Positions 1 through 12,162 are shown, counted from the stretch's first letter. The stretch: DNA of 64,000 nucleotides from Squalus acanthias (GCA_030390025.1 CM059431.1:127660001-127724000); one strand, 5' to 3'. Made by a program: numbers and translations. Notes: generated by a model from the sequence alone, not told the origin.

Positions 1-102
1 GTGCTACCACTTAATTTCGGCCGCGGGGACACTAATTTTCTCGGGGCGCAAAACCCCGGCGAAGTTAGCGCCCCAAAGAGGGCGCGACTCAATTTTTCCC
101 CC
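1..102. mobile_element. End of a GC-rich MITE (family 'C', TIR GGGGGAAAAATT), truncated by the window edge
   Basis: Ends ...CAATTTTTCCCCC. Its reverse complement resembles 29405-29500, and the same terminus occurs at ~11435 and 50973. Confidence 0.6.
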
Positions 103-891
103 TTAAATTGACCCTTGTTCTTTAACCCGTCCAACAGTTTCCAAAGTTCAGACCCATCGAACAGACAACACAAAACACAATGAATCTGTGAAAAACATCT
201 TTTTACTTAAAATCAGCAAGAGATTACAAATAAGCTCACACAACACTGTTGCATGTAATACTCCTGATTATATCTAAGCATACACAGCTTTATTCCCTTA
301 CTTTAAAATCAAGCAAAAATAAGTTTACTTAAAATCAGCAAGAGGTTACAAGTAAGCTCACAGAAAATTGTATCATATTATACCCTCGTTTATATCTAAG
401 CACACACAGGTTTATTCCCTTACTTTAAGCTCAAACGTTTACAAGCCAACATGACATACATAATAACACCAGCGAGTGGTCATTTTGGTGATGGCTAGAC
501 GACGACTTTAATTGGCAACTGACCAAGTTGCCTCCCCCGATTGCAGCAGCCCCGAGTGTCTCTTATATTCTAAAAACCTGGGCAGGCTCCTCAATGCGTA
601 TGTGTCCCAAACTGTGTGACAAATGGTCGGCAGTTGTTTTCCTCTTCTTATCAATGGGCCCCAAGGCCCTTCACGCCATTTGCCTGAAGATGTTCCTGTC
701 TTTGTAACGCCCAACCGTTTGTTCCTGCTCAGGGTCTGTCGCTTCCTTATCTGATGAACAGCTTTTGTACAATGTTCTCACAGGAACCAACCTCTCAACT
801 TCCAGAAGCATGCTGGGATATTAAATTTGGTCAACTTTTTAAGTTTGGTCAAGTTATAGCAAATCCTTACAGCAAGCAGCTTATTCTTACA
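103..891 (-). mobile_element. Probable LTR fragment (retroviral/LTR-retrotransposon)
   Basis: The minus strand begins TGTAAGAATAAG at 891, exactly where homology to the Harbinger end (cf. 56295 onward) stops. TATA-like motif near 565 and two minus-strand AATAAA within a duplicated block. Confidence 0.45.
202..434. repeat. Imperfect 2-copy direct repeat, period ~122 bp
   Basis: TTTACTTAAAATCAGCAAGAG starts at 202 and 324. Both copies continue through ...TATATCTAAGCA...TTTATTCCCTTACTTTAA. Confidence 0.85.
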
Positions 892-1325
892 AAACCGAAA
901 TCTGTGCACAAAATGGAGCCTGTAAGAGCCTTTCCCTTAGGCAACCAATGAGGTGTAAGGTGTGTGTAGTGTGTATTTATGTGGTTTTCCCAGCTCTCAA
1001 TTAATGCACTCGCAAAATGGCCACTGAGCTTCCGCCTCCCCTTCATGGGCAAGGTTCCCGAGCTGCGTGCTTCCCTTGCTCATGCCGTTAAATTCAAAAG
1101 ATGCTGTTAAAAACCCTCTTTAGGGAATGGTAACAAGCAATTAATGAGTTGAATTAGGTCGCCCGCCTCTGCCGATCGGGTCCATGGCGCGCTGGGGAAC
1201 GCACCCGAGTTAAAGGCGCAAGGAGGCGGGATGACGGTGGGGTCCCGACACGCTGCCTATTTCCGCTATTTTTACAGCCGACCCACCTCCAAAGCTGCAC
1301 AGACGGCAACGGGAAAATTCCAGCC
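892..1325 (-). mobile_element. Harbinger terminal fragment (transposase-promoter side plus TIR)
   Basis: Colinear similarity to 56295-56719; ends GGGAAAATTCCAGCC versus GGGAAAATTCTGGCCC. Confidence 0.75.
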
Positions 1326-1491
1326 TTTGTATTTGAACCCCGAGGTCTCTGTTTATCCAGAGACCTTCATTCAGAGCATTCTTCCCTACAGCATCTTTCC
1401 ACTGAGTGTACACTCCCAATAATTAAATTAAGTTCTCGATTTTAATATGTGTTTGCTCTTTTTCAATGTCATTTCAACAGTTAAACATATT

Positions 1492-1614
1492 GGGGGTGAA
1501 ATTGGTCAACGACAGTGACCAGCAGCCCATTTTACATCATGCCCGAGTGCTCAAGCACAGTGTTAAATGGTAGTAACCCATTTGGTGCTACTGACATTGA
1601 TCAATGTCACCCCC
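1492..1614. mobile_element. Short MITE with ATT TSD
   Basis: TIRs GGGGGTGAAATTGGTCAA / TTGATCAATGTCACCCCC; ATT at 1489-1491 and 1615-1617. Confidence 0.75.
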
Positions 1615-2226
1615 ATTCAGAATCTATTTTGCCTGGAACATTAAAATCACAGTATTATGCATATTGAAGGTATATTCATTTCATCTTGAAAAATTGAGTA
1701 CAGAACATGTTTATGTACAAAGTAGAAGAAGTACTTTTGCCAGGTTTAACTAAATTGAATTGGAAACTCTATGAAAGACAAAATCTGTATTAGTCTTTTA
1801 CTAACCAACCTTAGAATTGCTATGCAGTCATTCCTGATTGCAAAGAGGAAGTAATATTTGACGGCAAATGAAACAATGAGTATTTGTCAGCTGTAATATT
1901 TGTCATGAGAGATTCTTTTTACTCCTATTTTGGCAGAGAAAATTGTACCTACTATAAAATGGGGCTGAGTTCCATGTCCCCACCCAATGGGCAGAAGAGG
2001 GCTGTATCATGATGAAAATGACAGTGCAGCATTTACTGTCCCGCTCCTGCCAGTGTCCAGCTTATCATCATTTTGGTGGGGGCATTGAAATGAATGACCC
2101 AGGCTTCCACAGCAAACAGATGTGAGCCTCATTAGTCCATGCAAATCAAGGTCTTACGATGCCAATAGGACCCTGAAGCAATTTGGAAGTACCAATAGAT
2201 GGAATGTGTGCCAGGCATGTTCATTA

Positions 2227-4090
2227 AGTGTGGTGCCCAGAATTGAACACAATACTCCAGTTGAGGCCTAACCAGTGTTTTATAAAGGTTTTGCATAACT
2301 TCCTTGCCTTTGTACTCTATTCCTCTATTACTAAAGCCAAGGATCCATCTGCTTTTTTAACAGCCTTCTCAACTTGTCCTGCCACCTTCAAAGATTTGTG
2401 TACATACACCCCCCGGTCTCTCTGTTCATGCACCCCCTTTAAAATTGTACCATTTAGTTTATATCGCCTCTCCTCATTCTTCCTACCAAAATCTATCACT
2501 TCACACTTTTCTGCATTAAATTTAATCTGCCATGTGTCCGCCCATTTCACCAGTCTATGTCCTCCTGTAGTCTGTTACTATCCTCCTTAATGTTTATTAC
2601 ATTTCCAAGTTTTGTATTATCTGCAAAATTTGAAATTATGCCCTGTATACCCAAGTCCAGATCATTAATATATATCAAAAAGAGCAGTGGTCCTAATACC
2701 GACCACTGGGGAACACCACTGTATACCTCCGTCGAGGCTGAAAAACAACCATTCACCACTACTCGCTGTTTTCTGTCCCTTAGCCAATTTTGTACCCATG
2801 CTGCCACTGTCCCTTTAATGCCATTGTCTTTAATTTTTCTAACAATCCTATTATGTGGTACTTTGTCAAATGCCTTTTGAAAGTCCATGTATACAACATC
2901 AACAGCTTTACCCTCATCAACCCTCTCCGTTACTTCATCAAAGAACTCGATCAAGTTAGTCAAACACGATTTGCTGACTTTCATTTGTTAGCCCATACTT
3001 TTCCAAATGGTAATTAATTTTGTCCCGGATTATTGTCTCTAAAAGTTTCCCCACCACCTATGTTAGGTTGACTGGTCTGTAGTTGTCAGGATTATCCCTC
3101 TCCACTTTTTAAAACAGGTATGTAACATTTGCAATCCTCCAGTCCTCTGGCACTATCCCCATATCCAAGGAGGATTGGAAGATTCTGGCCAGCGCCTCTG
3201 CAATTTTTACCCTTACTTCTCTCAATAACATAGGATGCATCATCTGGACCGGGTGACTTTTCTACTTTGAGGATCGCCAACCTTTTAAGTACCTCCTCTT
3301 TATCTATTTTATCCTATCCAATATCGCTACTGCCTCCTCCTTTACTATTACATTGGCAGCATTCACTTCTCTGGTGAAGACAGATGCAAAGTATTCATTT
3401 AATACCTCAGCCATGTCTTCTGCCTCCACAAGAAGATCTCCCTTTTGGTCCTGACTTGACCCCAGCCTTCCTTTGACTACCCTTTTTCTATTTATGTGTT
3501 TATAACAGAACTTTTTGTTAGCTGCTATCTATTCTCATACTCTCTCTTTGCACCTCTTATTCCCTTTCTTAGATCTCCACTGTACTTTCCATGTTCAGCT
3601 TGGTTCTCTACTGTATTATGAACCTTACAATTGTCATAAGCCTCCTTTTTATGTCTCACTTTAACCTCGAAATCTTTATGCATCCAGTGAGCTCGAGTTT
3701 TGGATGCCCTTCCCCCTCGTGGGAATGTGTCTATTCTGTACCCAAAACATCTCCTCTTTGAAGGCCTCCCATTGTTCAATTATTGTTTTACCTACCAATA
3801 TTTGATTCCAATCCACCTGGGCAAGATCCCTTTTCAACTCACTGAAGTTAGCCCTTCTCCAGTTAAGTATCTTTATGCTTCATTGTACCTTGTCCTTTTT
3901 CATAACTATTCTAAACCTGATGATATTATGATCACTGGTCCCCAAATGCTCTCCCACTGAAACATGCTCCACTTGCCCCACTTCATTTCCCAGAACTGGA
4001 TCCAGAACTGCTTCCTTTCTCGTTGAGCTGGAAACACACTGAAAGTTCTCTTGTACATATTTCAGGAATTCCTCCATCTTTGCCCTTTAC
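2227..4090 (-). mobile_element. CR1 LINE ORF2 fragment (endonuclease C-terminus and RT), decayed
   Basis: Peptides KSCLTNLIEFFDEVT, YMDFQKAFDKVPH, SGVPQWSVLGPLLFLIYINDL, FADNTKL, GEHLGTSDHN. Confidence 0.93.
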
Positions 4091-4094
4091 ATGG

Positions 4095-5985
4095 CTACTT
4101 TTTTTCATTCGGTTAAAGGCTGTGAGCGTCGCTGGCAAGGCCAGCATTTATTGCCCATCCCTAATTGCCCTTAAGCCGCTTTCTTGAACCACTGCAGTCC
4201 ACGATTGTAAGGGTTTCGTCGTGCCTGTGTCTCAGAGAGACGGTGCTGGTGCGAGGTTAGGCCTTCGTTGCCTAATACTATTGCTTGCTCTGGTCTCCGG
4301 CCAGCCTTTTTGCAATAAGCACCTGTGAGTGGTTCGACCCACTCGCCCTTACGGTTCTAACACTGGACTTAGGTGCAGGAGCAGTAATGCAGAGAAAACT
4401 CAAATAGACCCGGTTGAATAGTACGAAATGGAAATCTTTATTGCATAGCATCCAAAATCATGAAGTACATGTCATAGGCGCAAATTAACGAGAGTACAAG
4501 TATACATACATTCATAAAGCTTGGTCTATGGAAATGAAGAACGCACGGCACATCGTAAAAAGGGGAACACATTATACTTTAACCTAAATAACCACCCTCC
4601 CTTAACAATACCTACACTACGTCTAGATTTGTAGGATTGGAAAACATGCTCACCACTCGTGTTACTTCGGAGAATTTTAAAGTGAGGCACTCGGCTCGTT
4701 TCGCTGCAGCGCCTGACTGTCACATGTTTGGAAGGGTCTCTGTACCCACTTGTTTATTTTCGCTGCTGCGACAAGCAGGCCAGGCTCCCTGTTGTCATGA
4801 AGAACTTGACAGAAACTCGGACACAGTTCAAAGAAGAGTCTTCCTGTGCTCGACACCGGTTGTCGGTAGACTTCAATGAAAAGTTCTTTATTATATTTTC
4901 GGGCGCGGTCGGGGTTTACTGACCGTGGCGGCACGTGGATTCTTCTCCTCTTCTTCTCGTCTCGTCTCGTCTCTTCGGGCCTCCGGGTCCAGACACCGTT
5001 TACCGACACTCGGGATGGTGCACCCTGCTACTTGCCCTTGTCGGGGCGGCTCGTTCCGATTGAGCTCCACCCAACATTCGAATAACCGACCAGTGCGGCT
5101 AAAAGTCAAGAGTCAACAGAGTCCAGCCCTAAAGAAGAGCTTCAGCCAGCGGTTGAGCGAGTCAAGAGAATAAAAGTTCAGCAGTAAGCAGCGAGATAAG
5201 AGAATAAGAGTTCAGCCCGAGTCAAGAGGCCGATGGACATTTGTTCACTATAGTTATAGTGCTGTGTTCCCTTATCTCCCGCTCAAATCTTAATGTTTGT
5301 CCTTTGTGTAATACTGGTGCACAAAACTCCCAGCATGGGGCGATTCTTCTCTTTAACGGGTTTCGGTAGCACCTGAAACTGGCCAACTTCCCGTTAATGT
5401 TTTCCCCATTGTTGACCCAGCCAGGATTGTATGAATCGTCTCCCTGACTGGTTTTGGGGGGCCGCCGAATACTTGCTTAATCACCCGTCGATGTCTCTCT
5501 CATTGTAGAGCCGTGGGGGTATTTGTGTATTGATGTGTCTGGATGGGCCTTCGATTGCCCAGTACAATGATCCTTGCTTGTGCATGGAAAACGATTTCAG
5601 CACTTATATCTTTGCTATTGCTCCAAATGCAAACGGGTTGCATCCTGTCTTTATCAATGTTTACCGAGTATGATCCAATCTTATATTGAATGTTTATTCG
5701 ACGCCATCTTGTCTGCCCACTGTATTTCTGGAAGCTTCTGCCACGATGCTCGGCGGCCACTTTACAGGCTTCTGTGTACTTTATTATCAGGACAGCATTT
5801 CGTTTAATAAAACTGATCAAACGAATCTGTTTCTCTTATGTTATTTCGAATCGCGATAATTGCGAAACTTTACACGATATGTCTTTGTAGCAGTTTGGTA
5901 CAACTGAGTGGCTTGCTAGGCCAGAGGGCAGTTAAGAGTCAATCACATTGCTGTGGGTCTGGAGTCACATATAGGCCAGACCAGA
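4095..5985 (-). mobile_element. SINE-like internally deleted derivative of the tRNA-headed LINE, split by a solo LTR
   Basis: 4095-4205 matches the LINE 3' tail (GGCAAGGCCAGCATTTATTGCCCATCCCTAATTGCCC). 5879-5985 matches the LINE 5' core (GTAGCAGTTTGGTACAACTGAG...GGCCAGACCAG). No coding sequence lies between them once the LTR is removed. Confidence 0.75.
4206..5874 (-). mobile_element. Long solo LTR (1669 bp) with 4-bp TSD CGAT
   Basis: Termini TGTAAGGGTTTCG...CGAAACTTTACA (imperfect inverted repeat, TG...CA). CGAT at 4202-4205 and 5875-5878. Minus-strand AATAAA near 4437. Confidence 0.85.
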
Positions 5986-8696
5986 TTTTTTTTTTACTCG
6001 TTCCTGGGATATGGTCATCACTGGCAAGGCCAGCATTTATTGCCATTCACTAATTTCCCTTGAGAAGGTGGTGGTGAGCTGCCTTCTTGAACTGCTGCAG
6101 TCCGTGTGGTGAAGGTACGCCCACAGTGCTGTTAGGGAGGGAGTTCCAGGATTTTGACTCAGCGACGATGAAGGAACGCCGATATATTTCCAAGTCAGGA
6201 TGGTGTGTGACTTGGAGGGGAACTTGCAGCTGATGGTGTTCCCATGCGCTTGCTGCCCTTGTCCTTCTGGGTGGTAAAGGTCGCAGGTTGGGGAGGTGCT
6301 GCCGAAGAAGCCTTGACGAGTTTCTGCAGTGGATCTTGTAGATGGTGCACACTGCAGTCATGGTGCACCAATGGTGGAGGGAGTGAATGTTTAAGGTGGT
6401 GGAAGGGGTGCCAATCAAATGGGCTGCTTTGTCCTGGATGACGTCGAGCTTCTTGAGTGTTGTTGGAGCTGGACTCATCCAGGCAAGTGGAGAGTATTCC
6501 ATCACACTCCTGATTGGTGCCTTGTAGATGGTTGAAAGACACTGGGGAGTAAGGAGGTGAGACACTCGCCGCAGAATACCTAGCCTCTGACCTGCTCTTG
6601 TAGCTACAGTATTTATGTGGCTGGTCCAGTTAAGTTTCTGGTCAATGGTGACCCCCAGGATTTTGATGGTGGGGAAATTCGGCGATGGTAATGCCGTTGA
6701 ATGTCAAGGGGAGGTGATTAGACTCTCGCTTTTTGAAGACAGTCATTGCCTGGCACTTGTGTGGTGCGAATGTTATTTGACACTTGTCAGTCCAAGCCTG
6801 AATGTCGTCCAGGTCTTGCTGCATGTGGGCATGCATTGCTTCATTATCCGGGGAGTTGGCAATGGAACTGAACACTGTGCAATCATTTTGTCCATGTTTG
6901 GACCAAGGCTGTAATGAGGTCTGGAGCTGAGTGGCCCTAGAGGAACACAAACTGAGCGTCGGTGAGCAGGTTATTGGTGAGTAAGTGCCACATGATAGCA
7001 CTGTCAATGATACCTCCCATCACTTTGCTGAAGATTGAGAGTAGACTGATGGGGCAGTAATTGGCCAGATTGGATTTGTCCTCCTTTTTGTGGACAGGAC
7101 ATACCTAAGCAGTTTTCCACATTGTCGGTTGGATGCCAGTGTTGTAGCTGTACTGGAACACCTTGGCTAGAGGCGCAGCTAGTTCTGGAGTACAAGTCTT
7201 CAGCACGACAGCCGGGATGTTGTCGGGGCCCATCGCCTTTGCTGTATCTAGAGTACTCAGCTGTTTCTTGATATCACGTGGAATTAATCGAATTGGCTGA
7301 AGATTGGCTTCTATGATGGTGGGGACCTCAGGAGGAGGCCAATGTGGATCAACCACTCGGCACTTCTGGTTGAAGATGGTTGCAAATGTTTCAGCACTCT
7401 CGTGCTGGGCTCCACCATCATTGAGGATGGGGATATTCATGGAGCCTCCTCCTCCCGTTAGTTGTTTAATTGTCCACCACCATTCATTACTGAATGTGGC
7501 AGGACTGCAGAGCTTTGATCTGATCCGTTGATTGTGGGATCGCTTAACTCTGTCTATAGCATGCTGCTTCTGCTTTTTAGCATGTATGTAGTCCAGTGTT
7601 GCAACTTCCCCAGGTTAACACCTCATTTTTAGGTACGCCTGGTGCTGCTCCTAGCATGCTCTTCTACACTCCTTATTGAACCAGGGTTGGTCCCCTGGCT
7701 TTATGGTAATGGTAGAGTGAGGGATATGCCGGGCCATGAGGTTACAGATTGTGGTGGAATACAATTCTGCTGCTGCTGATGGCCCACAGCGCCTCATGGA
7801 TGGCCAGTTTTGTGCTGCTAAACCTGTTCTGAATCTATCCCAGTTGGCACGGTGGTAGTGCCACACAACACGATGGAGGGTATCCTCAGTGTGAAGATGT
7901 GACTTGTTCTCCATAATGACTGTGCGGTGGTCACTGCTACCAATGCTGTCATGGACAGATGCATCTGCGCCAGGTAGATTGGTGAGGATGAGGTCAAGTA
8001 GGTTTTTCCCTCGTGTTGGTTCTCTCTTAACTCCTGCCGCAGGCCGAGTCGGGCAGTTCTGTTCTTCAGGACTCGGCCAGCTCGGTCAGTAGTGGTGCAT
8101 TGAAGCCCCCCACCCAGAGTACATTCTGTGCCCTTGCTTCTTCCAAGTGGCGTTCAAAATGGAGGAGTACTGATTCATCAGCTGAGGGAGGGCGGTAGGT
8201 GGTAATCAGCAGGAGGTTTCCTTGCCCATGCTTGACCTGAAGCCGTGAGACTCCATGGGATCCAGAGTCAATGTTGAGGACTCCCAGGGCCACTCCTTCC
8301 CGACTGTATACCACTGTGCCGCCACCTCTGGTGGGACTGTCCTGTCGGTGGGACAGGACGTACCCAGGAATGGTGATGGAGGAGTTTGGGACATTGGTTG
8401 AAAGGTATGATTCTGTGTGTATAACTATATCAGGCTGTTGCTTGACTAATCTGTGGGACAGTTTTGGACAATTTTGGCACAGGTCCCCAGATGTTAGTGA
8501 GGAGGACTTTGTAGGGTCGACTTGGCTGGGTGTGCCGTTGTTGTGTCTGAAGCCAGTGCCTAGGTCAATGCCGGGTGGTCCGTCCAGTTTATTTCTTATT
8601 TTTCGTAGCAGTTTGGTACAACTGAGCAGCTTGCTAGGCCATTTCAGAGGGCAGTTAAGAGTCAACCACATTGTCTGGAAGTCACATATAGGCCAG

Positions 8697-9689
8697 TTTA
8701 TAGGCTGGTCTTCTCTGTCAGGCTATCTATCAACTGTTCCTGGTGATATGCCAACGCCATTGTATCTCTGGTTTCACTTATTTGAGACGATCCCTCTAAC
8801 TCTCTTAGAGAGTTCCCTACACAGTCTAAGCGACAATCACACGCGGTCAAACAAGTCTTCCCGGCTTTCACAACACCAAGGGCTGTATGACTCCCGCTCT
8901 GTGATCCCACTTCTGACACCACTGTAAGAATTGGATCACAGGTCACACACAGATTACCCAAAGGGTCTTAGGAGTCATAGGTCACTTGATTAAGGAGCGG
9001 CAGTTTAAGTTAAGTGCAACATGCAATAGTAGACATACAACCCATAACAGATGAAAGCGGTTTACCGGCCCCGGAATAGAAGGACGGACGTTGAGGCAGT
9101 ACGGTGGTCTCGGATTGGATCCCTGCAGACTACGATAGTGGTCTCTTCCTCTTTGGTCATCTCCCGAGGTTGGCGGAGGTGTTAGGTCCAAGCCAGCATG
9201 GAATCCACCTCAGAGGTTGAGCTTGAACAACTTGTTAAGCCGAAGCTAGCATGAGATCCACCCCAGAGGAAGCTCTCCACCTTTCTGCCTGTTTCTGGCT
9301 TTCGGCTGCCCATTTATATACCTTATTTCAGTGGGCCGGTGGCTGCCTCGCGTCAATCATTTTTACACATTCAATTGTCTAATTACAGAGGAGTAGATAC
9401 CTATTGCAGCCCCCTCCCAGCCTCAGGAGGTCATTTTCCTCCTTATCAGTGTCTGAATGTCTTGTTGCCCTTTCAAAAGACAGCTTGTTTATTTTTAAGG
9501 CTCCTTGCTAAATCCTTTATTAGCATAGCTATGCCTTGAAGGCCTGTTTTTGTGTTCTGACCTCGTAATTCAGCTCTATTTTTCTGTCACGACTGGAATC
9601 CCTCTGTATCATCAACTTAGGCAAACTGCTGATCTAGTGAACCCGTAACAGACTACAGTATTATTTCTTCCAATCCACAATTTCTTACA
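8697..9689 (-). mobile_element. LTR retroelement remnant: one LTR (8923-9689), PBS and ~200 bp internal sequence, flanked by GCCAG direct repeats
   Basis: LTR termini TGTAAGAATTGGA...TCCACAATTTCTTACA. TATA on the minus strand near 9315. GCCAG at 8692-8696 and 9690-9694. Confidence 0.8.
8904..8921 (-). promoter_or_regulatory. Primer binding site complementary to the tRNA-Leu 3' end
   Basis: Minus strand TGGTGTCAGAAGTGGGAT lies one base from the LTR end. The plus strand reads ATCCCACTTCTGACACCA, the 3' end of vertebrate tRNA-Leu including CCA. Confidence 0.85.
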
Positions 9690-9824
9690 GCCAGACCAGG
9701 TAAAGATGGCAGATTTCCTTCCCTAAAGGGCAGTAATGAATGGGTTTTTACGACTGTTTCATGATCACTAGCTTTTTATTCTAGTTTTATTTAACTAACT
9801 GAATTTAAATTCCCCAGCTGCCGT

Positions 9825-9890
9825 GGTGGGATTTTGAACTCATGTCTCTGGATTACTAGTCATGTAACGTAACCACTATGCTACCGCACC
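9825..9890 (-). promoter_or_regulatory. tRNA-derived Pol III internal promoter (A and B boxes) at the 5' end of LINE copy 1
   Basis: Minus strand A box TAGCATAGTGG (9883-9873) and B box GTTCAAAATCC (9839-9829). Confidence 0.75.
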
Positions 9891-9914
9891 TATCTCAGTC
9901 TATATAAGAATAAT

Positions 9915-11385
9915 TACATAGGATTACATAGGAGATACAGCACAGAAACAAGCCATTCAGCCCAACCAGTCTATGCCAGTGTTTATGTTCCACTCGAGCC
10001 TCCTCCCGTCTTTCCTCATCTAACCCTCTCAGCATAATCCTCTATTCCCTTCTCCCTCATATGCTTGTCTAGCCGCCCCTTAATAGCATCTATACTATTT
10101 GCTTCAAACACTCCCTGTGGTAGCGAGTTCCACATTCTCACCACTCTTTGGGTAAAGAAGTTTCTTCTGAATTCCCTATTTGATTTCTTGGTGTCTATCT
10201 TATATTGATGGCCTCTAGTTTTGCTCTTCCCACAAGTGGAAACACTCTCTCTGTATCTACTCTATCAAAACCTTTCATGATTTTAAAGATCTTTATTAGG
10301 TCACCCCCCAGCCTTCTCTTTTCAAGAGAAAAGAGACCCAGACTGTTCATCCTTTCCTGATAGGTGTACCCTCGCATTTCTGGTATCATCCTTGTAAATC
10401 TTCTCTGCACCCTCTCCAGTGTCTCTATATTCTTTTTATACTGGCCCAAAAATTCGTGAGGAAGCCTTCGTGCGAGGGTAAGGCTTCCCCGCGATCTCTC
10501 ACTGCGCGTTGGCTTTTTCAGTTCCAGCTCGCACGAACTTGATGTTCTGGACAGCTGCTGTGCTGGGCTTGCGTATCCCACAGGCGCAGTTAATTCGTGC
10601 GAGTTGTGGGATCACGTGACTCAGTTAGAGCCAATGGCAGCACACCATCTTCCATTCATAACTTTCACACAAGTGCTGTGAAAGCTATGAATACTATAGC
10701 CCCCCAAAAGAACAGCTAAACCTCAATTAAATTAAAAAAAAACCCATCACATTAATAAAATAAGTATAGTTAAATAAATTAACCATTTTAAATCAAAAAT
10801 TAAATTTTTGAAAAAATTTAAAATCTTTTAAAAAGTTATAAAAATAAACTTACCTGTCTTTAAAGTCTCTAAAAAAGATATACCTGTTAAAAAAAATTCT
10901 AAATAATACTTAATTCACTACTTACCTTGTTAAAAGTGGGTCTTACTCCTCCTTTTTTTATGTGTAAAATCTTCCATACTTACCTGCGCGTTGAAACCAC
11001 TAAGTGCACTGCATGCGCGCAGCCTGTAGCGCGCACGCGGTTCACTTAGGAACCGCCCCCTTTTCCATTCACCAAGTGCCGGTTTTCAGCGCATGCGCAG
11101 TGCATGCAGAAAACCGGCAATTGGAGACAGAATACGCGAGAGTACGCAGTGCGTACTCTCGCGTATCAACACAAATTTTTGGGCCACTATGGCGACCAGA
11201 ACTGTATGCAGTACTCCAAGTATAGTGTAACCAGGGTTTGATACAAGTTTAGCATAACTTCATTACTTTTCAATTCTATCCCTCTAGAAATAAACCCTAG
11301 TGATTGGTTTGCTTTTTTTATGGCCTTGTAAACCTGTGTCGATACTTTTAGTGATTTGTCTATTTGTTATCCTAGATCCCTTGGC
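9915..11385 (-). mobile_element. CR1 LINE 3' fragment interrupted by a MITE
   Basis: [17 protein letters not shown]...LGLFSLEKRRLGGDLI; tail repeat ATTACATAGG; continues after 11188. Confidence 0.9.
10443..11185. mobile_element. Harbinger-like MITE with ACT TSD
   Basis: TIRs GGCCCAAAAATTCGTG / CACAAATTTTTGGGCC (15/16 match). ACT at 10440-10442 and 11186-11188. The empty site restores CR1 sequence. Confidence 0.88.
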
Positions 11386-11434
11386 TGAAGACCCCCATTA
11401 GATTTTAGAAAATCTTTAAGTCAACAGATAACTT

Positions 11435-12162
11435 GGGGGGAAAAATTTGGTTGCTTTGCGCCCCGAGGGGGGCGCTAACGGGGCGCAAAGCAACTAGCGC
11501 CAAAGAGCGGTGCCACTAATGCGCCCCATGAAATTCAGCAGGAGGTTAGCGGCGGCGGTAGCCAGTAGTGCCCCGCGGCACTGTGCATCCGGCGATTACG
11601 TCATCGTTGTGCGCAGCACCCCGCTCGCGCCCCAGCCGCAAACTTGGCTTGCGCCCCCTGACCTACCACCGGACGCTATGTCCGACAGGGTCAGGGGGGC
11701 GTTTTTGCGGCCGGGGCAGTGATAATTAAAGGGCAGGTGCCGGCCGGCCATTTTATTTTGGGCCGCCTGCCAGCAGCTGCTCCCTCTGGCCTCCTGCTGC
11801 AGGGTGCCAGCCGTGATCCGTCAACCCAGCAATCCTCTCCAGTGCTGGGCTCTTTTGTTGGCACCCCGCTCCCTGGTGGGCCAGCAGGGCCCCGGTGCGA
11901 GCTGTGCTCGGCCCCGCTCCTTTAATCAGGGGAGGGATGCCTGCAGTACCACGACGCTACATGCAGGCGCGCGTGGCGCTGCTGCACGTAGCGCTGCGAT
12001 ATTCCATGGGAGCGCCCCAAGAGGGAGGGGGAGCACTTCCAGTAGCCCCAAAGGGAGGGGGGAGTGCTTCCCCCCACCTCCTGCTTGGGGCGCTACCATT
12101 GATTTACGGGCACGGGGGTGCTAACTTTTTCGGGATAGCGCCCCAGCAAATTTAGCGCCCCC
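11435..12162 (+). mobile_element. GC/CpG-rich MITE (family 'C')
   Basis: Starts GGGGGGAAAAAATTTGG. The reverse complement matches 29405-29910 and 50749-50973. Confidence 0.7.

Larger units (their letters stand above)
5986..9890 (-). mobile_element. Compact non-LTR retrotransposon (APE endonuclease + RT, CR1-group-like), copy 1, with tRNA-like 5' head; interrupted by an LTR element
   Basis: APE motifs PDIVIHTESYL, GGGTVVY, YRPP; later KAMGPDNIP, WQITFAPHKC-like, SLHH..., KSWNSLP. A-rich tail at ~5986. Head resumes at 9690. Confidence 0.9.

Noticed and set aside
4526..5890. Short ORFs within the long LTR
   Set aside because: No gag, pol or env motifs; low-complexity driven.
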